Shown piece after piece: positions 24,452 to 33,976 of a DNA stretch of 64,000 nucleotides. Within the stretch, counting starts at the first letter, position 1. Every line of letters begins with the position of its first letter. The stretch spans positions 63,296 through 127,295 of the forward strand of contig JAGWKL010000001.1 in assembly GCA_028865345.1 (NCBI GenBank). Direction: 5' to 3'. Origin of the DNA: Candidatus Omnitrophota bacterium (GTDB taxonomy: Bacteria; Omnitrophota; Gorgyraeia; Zapsychrales; Fredricksoniimonadaceae). The position numbers and the translations under genes are program-made. Under the pieces are notes generated by a model. It saw only the letters and a list, made by a program, of their open reading frames with translations. It did not search any database and was not told the DNA's origin.

Positions 24452-25041
24452 GCGGTCCTCTCCTGTCTTTGATCGTATAAACGATAACGTTTAATATAAC
24501 GGATGACTGCCTTGGGCGTCAAATACCAAAGGGACCGTTTGGTTTTGAGCCGTTGACGCAAATCGCTGGAAGAAATGTCGACCGCGGGCATATTGATCTT
24601 GCGGTACGGCCATCGCTTGGGGTATTCCTTGTCAAAGCCCGGACGGTTGAGGATCACAAGCTTTGCCAGTTTCAAAATGCCTTCCGGGTCCTTCCAACGG
24701 TGAAAGGTCCTTAAATTGTCCGCGCCCATCAATAAATAAAATTGGGACCGGGGATATAGGGCTTTTAATTCCTTTAGGGTGTCGATGGTGTAGGATATCT
24801 TCCCCCGCCGCAGTTCCCCGTCGTACAACTTAAACGCCTTGTTGCCTTTGATGGCCTCCTTGACCATGACCAGACGCCTGGAGGCATCGGGCAGGGGATG
24901 ATGCGCCTTGAACGGCGAGCAAAACGCGGGCACAAAGAAAACAGCGTCGAGTTTCAAGGCCTCGACAGCGCTTTGGGCCATCAATAAATGGCCGAAGTGG
25001 ATGGGATCAAAACTGCCGCCTAAAACACCGACACGCTTCAT
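24448..25041 (-). CDS. nadD: Nicotinate-nucleotide adenylyltransferase
   Basis: GGSFDPIHFGHL nucleotidyltransferase motif. 197 aa. Confidence 0.85.
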   Translation of the reverse strand: MKRVGVLGGSFDPIHFGHLLMAQSAVEALKLDAVFFVPAFCSPFKAHHPLPDASRRLVMVKEAIKGNKAFKLYDGELRRGKISYTIDTLKELKALYPRSQFYLLMGADNLRTFHRWKDPEGILKLAKLVILNRPGFDKEYPKRWPYRKINMPAVDISSSDLRQRLKTKRSLWYLTPKAVIRYIKRYRLYDQRQERTA

Positions 25042-26297
25042 GTACGAATCTGCCCGTTTCCGTAAATTTCGTATTTATAACTGGTCAGGCCTTCCAGGGC
25101 CATGGGCCCGCGCACGTGCAGCTTGTCCGTGCTGATGCCCACCTCCGCCCCGAAACCAAACTCAAACCCGTCGGTAAAACGGGTGGAGGCATTGGCATAA
25201 ACACAGGCGGAATCGACTTCATTCAAGAATTTCTGCGCTTCCTTCTTGTCCTTGGTCACAATGGTGTCCGAATGGCCGGACCCATAGGTGTTGATGTGCT
25301 CGATGGCCTCATCACAATTTTTAACGACCCGTACGGAGAGGATCAGGTCAAGATATTCCGTGCGCCAGTCTTCTTTTGTTGCATTTTTCACATGGCCCTT
25401 AACAATGGCGCGCACGGCCGCATCCCCCCTGATCTCACAGCCGGCGCCCTGCAAATCTCTGACGATCTCCGGCAAAAACCGGCGGGCCACAGCGCGGTCC
25501 ACCAGCAGGGTTTCCATGGCATTGCACACGCCGGGCTTTTGGGTCTTGGCGTTCATGGTGATCGTATGCGCCATTTTCAAGTCCGCCTTGCTGCTGACAT
25601 AGACATGGCAGACGCCCTTAAAGTGCTTAATAACGGGGATGTTGGAATTGTCCGCCACAAAACGGATCAGCTCTTCCCCGCCGCGCGGCACGATCACGTC
25701 CAAATACTCGTCGAGTTTCAAAAGCTCGTGCACCGCAAAGCGGTCCGTGGACTCGATCAACTGTAAGGCATCCAAAGGGATCCTGGTCTTCTTGAGAACG
25801 CTTTGAAGGACCTTAAAGATGGCCATGTTGGAAAAAATGGCTTCCTTACCGCCTTTGAGGATGGCAGCGTTCCCGGATTTCAGGCACAGCGCGGCGCAGT
25901 CCGCCGTGACGTTAGGCCGGGACTCATAAATGATACCCACAACGCCCAAAGGCACGCGGACCTTTTTGATCACCAGGCCGTTGGGCCGCTTGATGGTTTC
26001 AAGCAATTCGCCGACAGGATCTTTAAGTTTGGCGGTTTCGCGCAAACCCTCAGCCATGGCCGCGATGCGGTTGGGATTAAGCGTCAGGCGGTCGACCAGC
26101 GCCTTGGAGTAACCGGCTTTGGATGCCGCGGCCAAATCCCTGGCGTTTTCCTTCATCAAATACGCCTGCCGGGCTTGCAGAGCATCGGCCATATTCAACA
26201 GTGCCTGGTTTTTGTCCTTGGCGCCCACCAGCGCCATCTGATAAGAGGCCTTTTTAGCTTTTTTTGCTATTCCCAAAATGTTTGCGGATAAATTCAT
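25038..26297 (-). CDS. proA: Gamma-glutamyl phosphate reductase
   Basis: 419-aa aldehyde dehydrogenase-family protein adjacent to proB. It overlaps the proB 3' end by 44 nt. Confidence 0.9.
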   Translation of the reverse strand: MNLSANILGIAKKAKKASYQMALVGAKDKNQALLNMADALQARQAYLMKENARDLAAASKAGYSKALVDRLTLNPNRIAAMAEGLRETAKLKDPVGELLETIKRPNGLVIKKVRVPLGVVGIIYESRPNVTADCAALCLKSGNAAILKGGKEAIFSNMAIFKVLQSVLKKTRIPLDALQLIESTDRFAVHELLKLDEYLDVIVPRGGEELIRFVADNSNIPVIKHFKGVCHVYVSSKADLKMAHTITMNAKTQKPGVCNAMETLLVDRAVARRFLPEIVRDLQGAGCEIRGDAAVRAIVKGHVKNATKEDWRTEYLDLILSVRVVKNCDEAIEHINTYGSGHSDTIVTKDKKEAQKFLNEVDSACVYANASTRFTDGFEFGFGAEVGISTDKLHVRGPMALEGLTSYKYEIYGNGQIRT

Positions 26298-27102
26298 GTT
26301 CCGAATCCCCGTCTAAGATTTGCGCGTTCTTTTCAATAAAATAGGTGCCGATCTTTTTGCCGGCCACCAATTCCACAAGCACGTCCTTGATATTCCCGGC
26401 GGTGATAATGCAGGGAATGCGCGCCTGGGTGGCGATCTTGACCGCCTCGATTTTGGCCTTCATGCCGCCGCGGGCCATGTGCGCGTTCTTGGTGCCGCCG
26501 GCCACCTCATCGATTTCAGCCGTGATCTCCTTGATCTCTTGGTAGACCTTTTTATTGCCGTCGTACACGCCTTCCACATCCGAGAGAATGACCAGCAGGT
26601 CCGCGTGCAGGAAGCTGGCCACCAGGGCCGAAAGCTTGTCGTTATCGCCGAATTTGATTTCTTCCGTAGAGGTGGTGTCATTCTCATTAATAATGGGCAC
26701 CACGCCTTGTTTCAAAATGGCCTCCAGCGTATGGCGCGCGTTTAAAAAGCGGCTGTGGTCATCGAAGTCATCCCAAGTCAGGAGCACTTGGGCGCATTTA
26801 AGCCCCACCTTGTCCAACAAATCGCTGTAGAGGCGCATGAGCGCGGCCTGGCCGATGGCAGCGCGGGCCTGCAATTGGGCCAGATCCGTGGAGCGCTTGG
26901 ATTCGCCAAGCTCGCCCATGCCAAGCGCAATGGCGCCCGAGGAGACCAGGACCACTTCTATCCCCTTGCTGCGCAAGTCGCCGATTTGCAGGGCCAAAGA
27001 CAGAAGGTCCCTGGTCTTCGGCCTCATATTGCCGTCGGCAATCTGGCTCGATCCCAGCTTCACCACCACCCTTTTAATAGGTCTCTGAAATGTGCGTGTC
27101 AT
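26254..27102 (-). CDS. proB: Glutamate 5-kinase (no PUA domain)
   Basis: Amino-acid kinase fold with VVKLGSS... Begins MTRTFQRPIKR. 282 aa. Confidence 0.85.
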   Translation of the reverse strand: MTRTFQRPIKRVVVKLGSSQIADGNMRPKTRDLLSLALQIGDLRSKGIEVVLVSSGAIALGMGELGESKRSTDLAQLQARAAIGQAALMRLYSDLLDKVGLKCAQVLLTWDDFDDHSRFLNARHTLEAILKQGVVPIINENDTTSTEEIKFGDNDKLSALVASFLHADLLVILSDVEGVYDGNKKVYQEIKEITAEIDEVAGGTKNAHMARGGMKAKIEAVKIATQARIPCIITAGNIKDVLVELVAGKKIGTYFIEKNAQILDGDSEHEFIRKHFGNSKKS

Positions 27103-27114
27103 ATCCCCTTCTCA

Positions 27115-27159
27115 ATGTCATTCCCGCTTCAACTTATGTCATTCCCGCGAAAGCGGGAA
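27115..27159. promoter_or_regulatory. Direct repeat ATGTCATTCCCGC x2 (27115-27127 and 27136-27148, 21-bp spacing) plus hairpin TTCCCGC-GAAA-GCGGGAA, located 13-55 nt upstream of the proB start
   Basis: Seen directly in the sequence. It lies in a ~300-nt non-coding leader (27103-27406) of the proBA-nadD operon. Confidence 0.35.
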
Positions 27160-27406
27160 TCCAGTTCCCTTGGCTTCGCCTTTAAAAGTCATTTTTTCAA
27201 CCTCGCTGGCGGGTCCTGTCTCGGGCTTGCTGTTGCCGTACTCCTCTTAGCGAATGGCAACCCTATCAGCGGCCAGTAAGCTGGTTTCCCTATAATAGAT
27301 GACTTGAGCGCTTGCCGTCCGCTCGGCAACATCAATCCCTCGCCACCCGCCTCATGGCAGCTAAAATCAACAGCATCGCTCAAAGAACAAATTTATATGT
27401 TTACGG

Positions 27407-27817
27407 CTACTTCTTCTCCAAATTCAACATCCACTTCGTCCCGAATTGATCTGTCAGCATGGCGAAACGCTGCGCAAAGAAGGTTTCGCCGAGCGGCATG
27501 AAAATCTCGCCCTTGTCGCTTAATGCCTTATAAAGCCTCTCTATCTCCTCCAGGTTTTCGCAATCAACGCTAATATGAAACCCGTTGCCGCGGGTCACGG
27601 GCATGCCGGGCCGCGTGTCCGAGGCCATCAGTACAAAATTCTTGTGCGTGATGCGCGCGTGGATTACCCAATCCTTGTACTTTGAGTCCATATTGCCACA
27701 GCCGGGAGCCTGGGCATAGCTCATCATGGAAAATTCGCCTCCGAAACTTTGCTTGTAAAACTCCATGGCTTGGCGGCAATTGCCTTCAAAGATCAAATAC
27801 GCATTCATGCTTTTCAT
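27407..27817 (-). CDS. VOC-superfamily protein (PhnB/3-demethylubiquinone-9 methyltransferase-domain-like, glyoxalase fold)
   Basis: 136 aa beginning MNAYLIFEGNCRQAMEFYKQSFGGE... ending ...FGTKWML, a typical PhnB-like pattern. Confidence 0.7.
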   Translation of the reverse strand: MKSMNAYLIFEGNCRQAMEFYKQSFGGEFSMMSYAQAPGCGNMDSKYKDWVIHARITHKNFVLMASDTRPGMPVTRGNGFHISVDCENLEEIERLYKALSDKGEIFMPLGETFFAQRFAMLTDQFGTKWMLNLEKK

Positions 27818-27826
27818 GAAGCCCCC

Positions 27827-28294
27827 TTAACGCACGTACGTCAAAATCACCGTAATAAGATAAAAATTCAACAAATAAAACACCGCATTAATGGCAAAGA
27901 GCTTCCAGGGTTTTGATTCCCAGGCAATGCTGCTGAGCAATAAGGGCACCACAAAACCCGCCCAGACGATCAACGCAGGCCCGAAAATGCATACCGGTTT
28001 ATACACGCCCATGATATACGCCAGGGCAAAGACAGTCAGGCATGTTCCCACAAACGTGAGCAGCAAGGATTTGGCAGGCGGTTTCTTGCCCTTGCAGCAG
28101 TCTTCAGGGACCTTCATGCCGTTTAAGGCCGCCCACGTCCGGCCGAACAGCGGTCCGTACCAAATCGCCCCAAAAACGAAGCTGGCAATAACGGCAATCA
28201 ATAAACCCAAATTGCTTTCATGTGTGATCGGACACATAATCTCTCCTATGTTAAATAGTTCCCCAGAGCAGCTATCTATTGACCTCAACCACAA
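27827..28294 (-). CDS. DUF1761-family small membrane protein
   Basis: Four predicted TM helices. The N-terminal AVIASFVFGAIWYGPLFGRTW resembles DUF1761. Confidence 0.5.
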   Translation of the reverse strand: MWLRSIDSCSGELFNIGEIMCPITHESNLGLLIAVIASFVFGAIWYGPLFGRTWAALNGMKVPEDCCKGKKPPAKSLLLTFVGTCLTVFALAYIMGVYKPVCIFGPALIVWAGFVVPLLLSSIAWESKPWKLFAINAVFYLLNFYLITVILTYVR

Positions 28295-28604
28295 CCGCCG
28301 TGCCGTAGCACAAGACTTCGGTGACGCCTTCCATCAATTCGGTTGATTCATAATGCACGCCGATGACCGCATTGGCCCCGAGAGATGCCGCATGCTGGAG
28401 CATCATGTCATAGGCTTCCTTCCTGGTCTTTTCGCACAGATCAGACAACAGGGTAATATTTCCGCCCAGGATGGACTGTAAACTCGCCCCGAAAGTGCCG
28501 AAAATGGAACGCGAACGCACCAGTATCCCCCGCACCACCCCTAAACTTCTGACCGTTCTGTACCCGTCTAACGTAAACGCCGTTGTGGCCATGGATTCGT
28601 TCAT
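28272..28604 (-). CDS. YbjQ/UPF0145 family protein
   Basis: 110 aa with a YbjQ-like pattern: GIVRG...GANAVIG...GTAVV. Confidence 0.7.
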   Translation of the reverse strand: MNESMATTAFTLDGYRTVRSLGVVRGILVRSRSIFGTFGASLQSILGGNITLLSDLCEKTRKEAYDMMLQHAASLGANAVIGVHYESTELMEGVTEVLCYGTAVVVEVNR

Positions 28605-28690
28605 AAGATTTCTCCCATGATAAATAAGTGTTAATTATACAATAACCCGTATTATTTTGCTTGATTTTATTTGGCGGGGCTTGGTCCGAC

Positions 28691-29656
28691 TTATAACAAC
28701 AGCCGGATCACGGCCAAAAGCTCCTGAAGGCCTTCTTTTTCCAGTGCGGAAATGGGGATGATATCGCGGGTGACCTTGCGTTTAAACCGCGTCAAATTTT
28801 TCTTGGATTCCGGCAAATCCATCTTGTTGGCCACCAGCACCCTGTGCTTCTGCAAAAGATCTTCGCTGTACAAATCCAGCTCTTCGCAGATCTTATAATA
28901 ATCGTCGACGGGGTCGCGGCCTTCGGCGCCGGACATGTCGATCACATGCACCAGGATCTTGGTGCGCTCGGCATGCTTGAGGAATTGGTGCCCCAGGCCT
29001 TTGCCTTCATGCGCACCCTCGATGAGGCCCGGCAAATCCGCCATCACGAAATTTTTGGACGGGTCATCCTCGTCTTTGACGATGCCAAGCACCGGCGCCT
29101 TGGTGGTGAACGGATAGTTCGCGATCTTGGACTTGACCTTGGACACCGCGCAGATCAGCGTCGATTTGCCGACGTTGGGAAATCCCACCAGCCCCACATC
29201 CGCGATGATCTTCAGTTCCAGGCGTATGGTGCGCACTTCACCGGCCACAGGAGGCACCACGGTGCGGTTATGGTTGTTGCCCCGTCCGCCTTCCCCGCCC
29301 TTGGCTACGATCACGTTGTCCCCGTCCACCTTTAAATCGCGGATCAACAACTCCGTATCGTAGTCCCAAAGGATCGTGCCCACGGGCACACGCAAAATGC
29401 AGTCCTCGCCCCTTTTGCCGGTCTTGTTGTTGCTGCTGGCATGGCCGCCGCTGCGGGCCACATAATGCTGCCTGAAGCGGTAATCCAAAAGGGTCTGCAG
29501 GTTGCGGTCCGCCACAAAGACCACGTTGCCGCCGCGGCCGCCGTCGCCGCCGTCGGGGATGGGATACCGCGTGTACTTGTCCTGATAGTGGCTTTCGCAG
29601 CCTTTGCCGCCGTTGCCGGCCTGCACCTGGATGCGCGCCTGATCAACAAATGCCAT
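28691..29656 (-). CDS. obg: GTPase Obg
   Basis: Gly-rich Obg fold domain FVDQARIQVQAGNGGKG...GGDGGRGG followed by a G domain GFPNVGKST. Start taken at MAFVDQ. Confidence 0.9.
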   Translation of the reverse strand: MAFVDQARIQVQAGNGGKGCESHYQDKYTRYPIPDGGDGGRGGNVVFVADRNLQTLLDYRFRQHYVARSGGHASSNNKTGKRGEDCILRVPVGTILWDYDTELLIRDLKVDGDNVIVAKGGEGGRGNNHNRTVVPPVAGEVRTIRLELKIIADVGLVGFPNVGKSTLICAVSKVKSKIANYPFTTKAPVLGIVKDEDDPSKNFVMADLPGLIEGAHEGKGLGHQFLKHAERTKILVHVIDMSGAEGRDPVDDYYKICEELDLYSEDLLQKHRVLVANKMDLPESKKNLTRFKRKVTRDIIPISALEKEGLQELLAVIRLLL

Positions 29657-29712
29657 AAATAACAAAAAGGGGACACTTTTTTAAGTGTCCCCTTTTTCTC
29701 CCAATCAAATAA

Positions 29713-30024
29713 TTAAACACTAATTTTCGCAATTTTAACGGTCGTCAAATCCTGGCGATGGCCATGGGTGCGCGCGGAATCCTTGCGCTTGCGGTACTTA
29801 AAGGCAACCACTTTAGGCGCGCGTGTCTGGCCGACGATCTCGGCCTGCACCTGGACGTCCTTCAAATACGGCCGGCCTAACTTAACGTCCTTCCCGTCGG
29901 AATAAAGCAGGACCTTGTCCAGAACGATGCTCTGGCCCTTTTCAAAATCCAGGCGGTTGGCCTGGATACAATCGCCTTCGCTGACTTTAAACTGACTGTT
30001 GCCCACTTGGACTACTGCAAACAT
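29713..30024 (-). CDS. rplU: 50S ribosomal protein L21
   Basis: 103 aa beginning MFAVVQVGNSQFKVSEGD. Confidence 0.9.
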   Translation of the reverse strand: MFAVVQVGNSQFKVSEGDCIQANRLDFEKGQSIVLDKVLLYSDGKDVKLGRPYLKDVQVQAEIVGQTRAPKVVAFKYRKRKDSARTHGHRQDLTTVKIAKISV

Positions 30025-30120
30025 AAAAACCCCCTTCTAACGTTTTCAGGAAGTCGGTATTATACAAGGAATAACTGTTTAGTCAAAATGTTTCTATGTA
30101 CCGCTCTGCCGCTTTACCGC

Positions 30121-31503
30121 TTAATTGATCTTAACCTTCCCCCGTCCTTCGCAATACGGGCAGCTGTGAAACTCCAAAGACTCGATGGTCTTGCCCGTAC
30201 GCGCCCGGGTCATTTCCACCAGGCCTAATTGGGAAATACGGTTGACCTCGGTCTTGGCATGGTCCTTGGTCAAACCATCCCGCAGGGCGTTGAGGACCTT
30301 GCGCTTGTGGTCTTCGCGGTTCATGTCGATAAAGTCGATGACAATGATGCCGCCCAAGTCCCTTAAACGCAGCTGCCGGGCGATCTCGGGCGCCGCCTCC
30401 ATATTGACCGCGAAGGCCGCGTCCTCCGGCGTTCCCCTGCCCTTGAAACGGCCGCTGTTGACGTCCACGACCGTCACCCCCTCGGTGGGTTCAATGACCA
30501 CATACGCCCCGGACTTCAAATACACCTTGGCCTCGTAGATCTTGTCCAGCTCGCGGGTCACGTTCTTGGCATCGAAGAGGCCCTGCGGCCCCGGGTGGTA
30601 TTTGATTTTCTCCAGGACCTCCGGCCCGATCAAATTCTGCGCGAACTTGCGCATTTTGCCGAACTCTTCCCTGGAATCGATCGTCACATGCTCGACGTCG
30701 TCCTTCAAAAGGTCGCGGATCACCCTCCAGATGAGGGACCCCTCCTCGTAAATAAGGGCCGGCGGCTCTTTGCGTTTGGACAGCTCGCGGATCTCCTGCC
30801 ATTTATTGACCAGGAACCTGGAATCGCGCAAAATTTCTTTTTCGCCCTGTTCCATGGAAGCGGTACGGATGATGAAACCGCCGGTCCTGACAAAATTAAA
30901 CGACTTGAGTATGTCCCGCAGGCGGCTTCGCTCCTCGGGCTTGTCGATCTTTTTGGAAATGCCGCTGTGCTTGTCCACCGGCATGTACACCACGAAACGT
31001 CCGGCCAGGCTGATATGCGTGGTGAGCCTTGCTCCCTTGGTGCCGAAGGGGTCCTTGACCACCTGGACTAAGACCTCCTGGTCCTTCTTTAAGGGCAGTT
31101 CATTCTTTTCCTTCTGGGCATGCCGGCCGCCGCCGTTGCCCTTCTGCTGGCGGGCCGGGGGTTGCCCCGCCTCAGGCGGGACCTCGGATGAGGCCGCGGG
31201 TTTTGGAAAGATCATGTTGAGGATCTTTTGGGGCGTGGTCGGCTCGTGCTCGATTTTCTCGATGTCCTGCAAAAACGGATTGTCGGCGTCGGTCAAATAC
31301 AAAAAGCCGTTTTTCTCCTGGCCGATGTTGACGAAAGCGCCGTTGATCGACGGCAGGATGGACTCCACCCTGCCCTTGTAAATGTTGCCGAGCATGGATT
31401 GGTGGCGGTCAAGCTCGATATAAAAATCATCCAGCTTGCCGTCGCCCAAGACAGCCACGCGCCTCTCGCCCTGGGCGACTTGGATCAAAATCTCTTTAGA
31501 CAC
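30121..31503 (-). CDS. rng: Ribonuclease G/E family endoribonuclease
   Basis: N-terminal S1 domain plus an RNase E/G catalytic core. 460 aa. Confidence 0.8.
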   Translation of the reverse strand: MSKEILIQVAQGERRVAVLGDGKLDDFYIELDRHQSMLGNIYKGRVESILPSINGAFVNIGQEKNGFLYLTDADNPFLQDIEKIEHEPTTPQKILNMIFPKPAASSEVPPEAGQPPARQQKGNGGGRHAQKEKNELPLKKDQEVLVQVVKDPFGTKGARLTTHISLAGRFVVYMPVDKHSGISKKIDKPEERSRLRDILKSFNFVRTGGFIIRTASMEQGEKEILRDSRFLVNKWQEIRELSKRKEPPALIYEEGSLIWRVIRDLLKDDVEHVTIDSREEFGKMRKFAQNLIGPEVLEKIKYHPGPQGLFDAKNVTRELDKIYEAKVYLKSGAYVVIEPTEGVTVVDVNSGRFKGRGTPEDAAFAVNMEAAPEIARQLRLRDLGGIIVIDFIDMNREDHKRKVLNALRDGLTKDHAKTEVNRISQLGLVEMTRARTGKTIESLEFHSCPYCEGRGKVKIN

Positions 31504-31599
31504 AGTTCCTCTCCTCCTGTAATGTGTTAAAAACGTTGTTTATAAACACAGGATGGGCCTACTCCCCGGACTCGGGGAACCCGCCCCCACATTGAGGGG

Positions 31600-33015
31600 C
31601 TATGGAGTTGCACTGGCTGCAGAAGAACTCTTGCCTGGCGTGATGATGTGCGGCGTCAGGAAAATGATCACTTCTTTCCTGGTCTTCACCGGGTTGGTGT
31701 TCTTAAATAACCACCCCAGCAAGGGGATGTCCCCCAATAAGGGGATCTTGTTGGTGGTAGTCACCAACTGGTCTGTAATCATGCCCCCGATGACTAAAGT
31801 TTGGCCGTCCTTGATCATCACATTGGTCTCGACCTCTTGATTGCTCGTCTCAGGGAATGGATTGTTCTGAACGGTAATCGTTTGCTGAAGCGTCGAGATC
31901 TGCGGATGCAAATCCAATGTAATAAATCCTGCGTTGTTCACATGCGGTGTCACCTCAAAATTAACACCAATAGGTAATGGGGTAAAACCTGTTACTTGTT
32001 CCTGCCCCGTACTCGAATTAAAAGAATAGTTCGGTACCGGATATTCCAGGCCGATGTTGATCTTGGCCTTTTGGTTGTCCAGCGTCACGATACGCGGGTT
32101 GGAAAGGATTTTGGTCGTGGTACGGGTGCTCAAATATTGCAGGGTCGCCTGAAGCTGGCTGGCATTGATGGTGCCGTACGTAAAGGAACCTGCCGTCGGC
32201 GTCGTGGCCAACGAAGTGCTGGTGGCAGGGAACAGCGCATTACCGGAGCCGCTCGAAGGGACAAAACCTTTCCATGGTTTGTTCGAAAAAGGAAAATACG
32301 TCGGCACGGACCCGCCTGAAATGGTGCTCGTAAAGCCGTTGGTCCAGTCGATCCCCAGGTTCTCGTTATCGCTCAGGTCGGTTTCAACGATCTTGGTTTC
32401 GATCGACACCTCCGGGGTTACCGTGTCAATGGATTTGATGACGCCCCCGATGAGCTCCAAATTACTTTCCAGGTCGCGCACGATGATGGAATTGGTCCGC
32501 GTGTCGTAATTGATGAATCCCCTCCTGCTGACCAGTTTATCGATGATCTTAAGCACGTCCTCGGCTTTGGCATAGTTGAGCGTATAGGTCCTGGACACCA
32601 ACGGCTCCTGGGCCTGCAGAACGGCGGCATTCTCGCGGTATTTCTTCAGATTATCAATGCTCATCACGGTGATGATGTTGCCCTTGCGGTCAAAACCGTA
32701 CCCGTAGGTGGAAAGGATCACATTCAGCGCCCTTTCCCACGGCACGTCCTTGAGTTCGATGTTGACGACCCCGGTCACATCCGGGGCGGCCACGATGTTC
32801 ACCCCGCTTTTAAAGGCCAGCACCTTCAATACGTTCCTGATATCCGCGTCCTGGAAATCCAGGCTGACCAGCCCCCCCTCGGGCGAAAGATCGGCCTGGG
32901 CTGTCCCATGCACGGCGGCAACAGCGGCGGCCGCGGGCCCGTCGGCCCAAATCTTTTGGCCCCAGGTTACGGCCGTCATCAACAGGGTCAGGATAAAAAT
33001 GGCCTTGAACATCAC
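31600..33015 (-). CDS. pilQ: Type IV pilus secretin PilQ
   Basis: Signal peptide, N0/N1 domains, and a C-terminal secretin domain ending ...VIIFLTPHIITP. Confidence 0.85.
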   Translation of the reverse strand: MMFKAIFILTLLMTAVTWGQKIWADGPAAAAVAAVHGTAQADLSPEGGLVSLDFQDADIRNVLKVLAFKSGVNIVAAPDVTGVVNIELKDVPWERALNVILSTYGYGFDRKGNIITVMSIDNLKKYRENAAVLQAQEPLVSRTYTLNYAKAEDVLKIIDKLVSRRGFINYDTRTNSIIVRDLESNLELIGGVIKSIDTVTPEVSIETKIVETDLSDNENLGIDWTNGFTSTISGGSVPTYFPFSNKPWKGFVPSSGSGNALFPATSTSLATTPTAGSFTYGTINASQLQATLQYLSTRTTTKILSNPRIVTLDNQKAKINIGLEYPVPNYSFNSSTGQEQVTGFTPLPIGVNFEVTPHVNNAGFITLDLHPQISTLQQTITVQNNPFPETSNQEVETNVMIKDGQTLVIGGMITDQLVTTTNKIPLLGDIPLLGWLFKNTNPVKTRKEVIIFLTPHIITPGKSSSAASATP

Positions 33016-33356
33016 GTTCCTCCGTTTTTAATTTTCAAAACAAATCTCCGAGGTCCCTTTGAAAACTCCACCTGGTCAAAACTGATGGCCATGACCGTAT
33101 AGGGCCCAAGCTGATCGCCGATCCTGACGACCCTGCCGTTGACGATGGCCATATTGTTCCCGGAGGCGTCCGTCACGATCCCTTCCAGGACCAGGTCATT
33201 CACCGATAAATCTTCATCGTAGGTGACCACCATGCCGGCCGAAGACACTAAAGGTACAAAAGGATCCCGCTTACCGTGATCATCATACACGAAATTCTGT
33301 TGGGCATATACTGAATTCGCTGATAAAAATAGGAACGCCAGGATCAATAGTCTCAT
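33012..33356 (-). CDS. pilP: PilP-like pilus assembly lipoprotein/periplasmic protein
   Basis: Signal peptide, an RDPFVPL motif, a small beta domain, and operon position. Confidence 0.55.
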   Translation of the reverse strand: MRLLILAFLFLSANSVYAQQNFVYDDHGKRDPFVPLVSSAGMVVTYDEDLSVNDLVLEGIVTDASGNNMAIVNGRVVRIGDQLGPYTVMAISFDQVEFSKGPRRFVLKIKNGGT

Positions 33357-33976
33357 AGCTTTTGGGACACCGCCCTGTCCGCCAGAATCAGGTCAATGGT
33401 CAGGGAAAACTCATGGACACGGGGGTCGCTGCCTTCATTTTGAATAATGAAATCCTTGATGATAAAAAAGAGGTTGTCATTTTCCAGCCTGCTCAGGAAA
33501 CGCCCGAAGTTATGGTACCCGCAACGGGCCTTGACCAGGACAGGCAAGGTATAATACTGGGCGCCGGCGGCTTTTGCCAGAGCTTTCTTGCCGTCCCATT
33601 CAGGGTCCAGCTGGTCGATGGCCACCCCGTATTCGTTGGCCACATTGGAAATGGTCCCCAAAATGGCGGAAACGTCCATGGTCGTGCGCACCTTGTCGCT
33701 GAGGGCCGTAAACCGGCCCCGGGTGGCGGCGAGGTCCTTTTTAAGCAGGCCGATCCGAGCATAATCGCTCAAAACCTGCCGGATATTTTCGGAAGTGTCC
33801 TTGATCTGGCTGTTCGTATTGCCTATGGCGCCAAGCTGGGGCATGGCCACAAAGACCGCATCCAACAAAACGATCAGGATGACCGCGACGATCAGCGCCC
33901 CGTAACGGGTCTGCTCGCTTTGCTTATTGAAAGACTCAATGAGGCCTTTAACGTTTTTTATGTTGTTCATGCCCAT
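33353..33976 (-). CDS. pilO: Type IV pilus assembly protein PilO
   Basis: Single TM, coiled coil, and a PilO-like periplasmic domain. Start approximate. Confidence 0.7.
   Translation of the reverse strand: MGMNNIKNVKGLIESFNKQSEQTRYGALIVAVILIVLLDAVFVAMPQLGAIGNTNSQIKDTSENIRQVLSDYARIGLLKKDLAATRGRFTALSDKVRTTMDVSAILGTISNVANEYGVAIDQLDPEWDGKKALAKAAGAQYYTLPVLVKARCGYHNFGRFLSRLENDNLFFIIKDFIIQNEGSDPRVHEFSLTIDLILADRAVSQKL

Noticed and set aside
27103-27406. Named ncRNA families (tmRNA, SRP RNA, RNase P RNA, T-box) in the proB leader gap
   Set aside because: None of their conserved sequence signatures are present: no tag ORF, no GGUCCGGAAGGAAGCAGC-like SRP motif, no RNase P P4, no AAUUAGGGUGGNACCGCG T-box. 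It is kept only as an unclassified structured leader.
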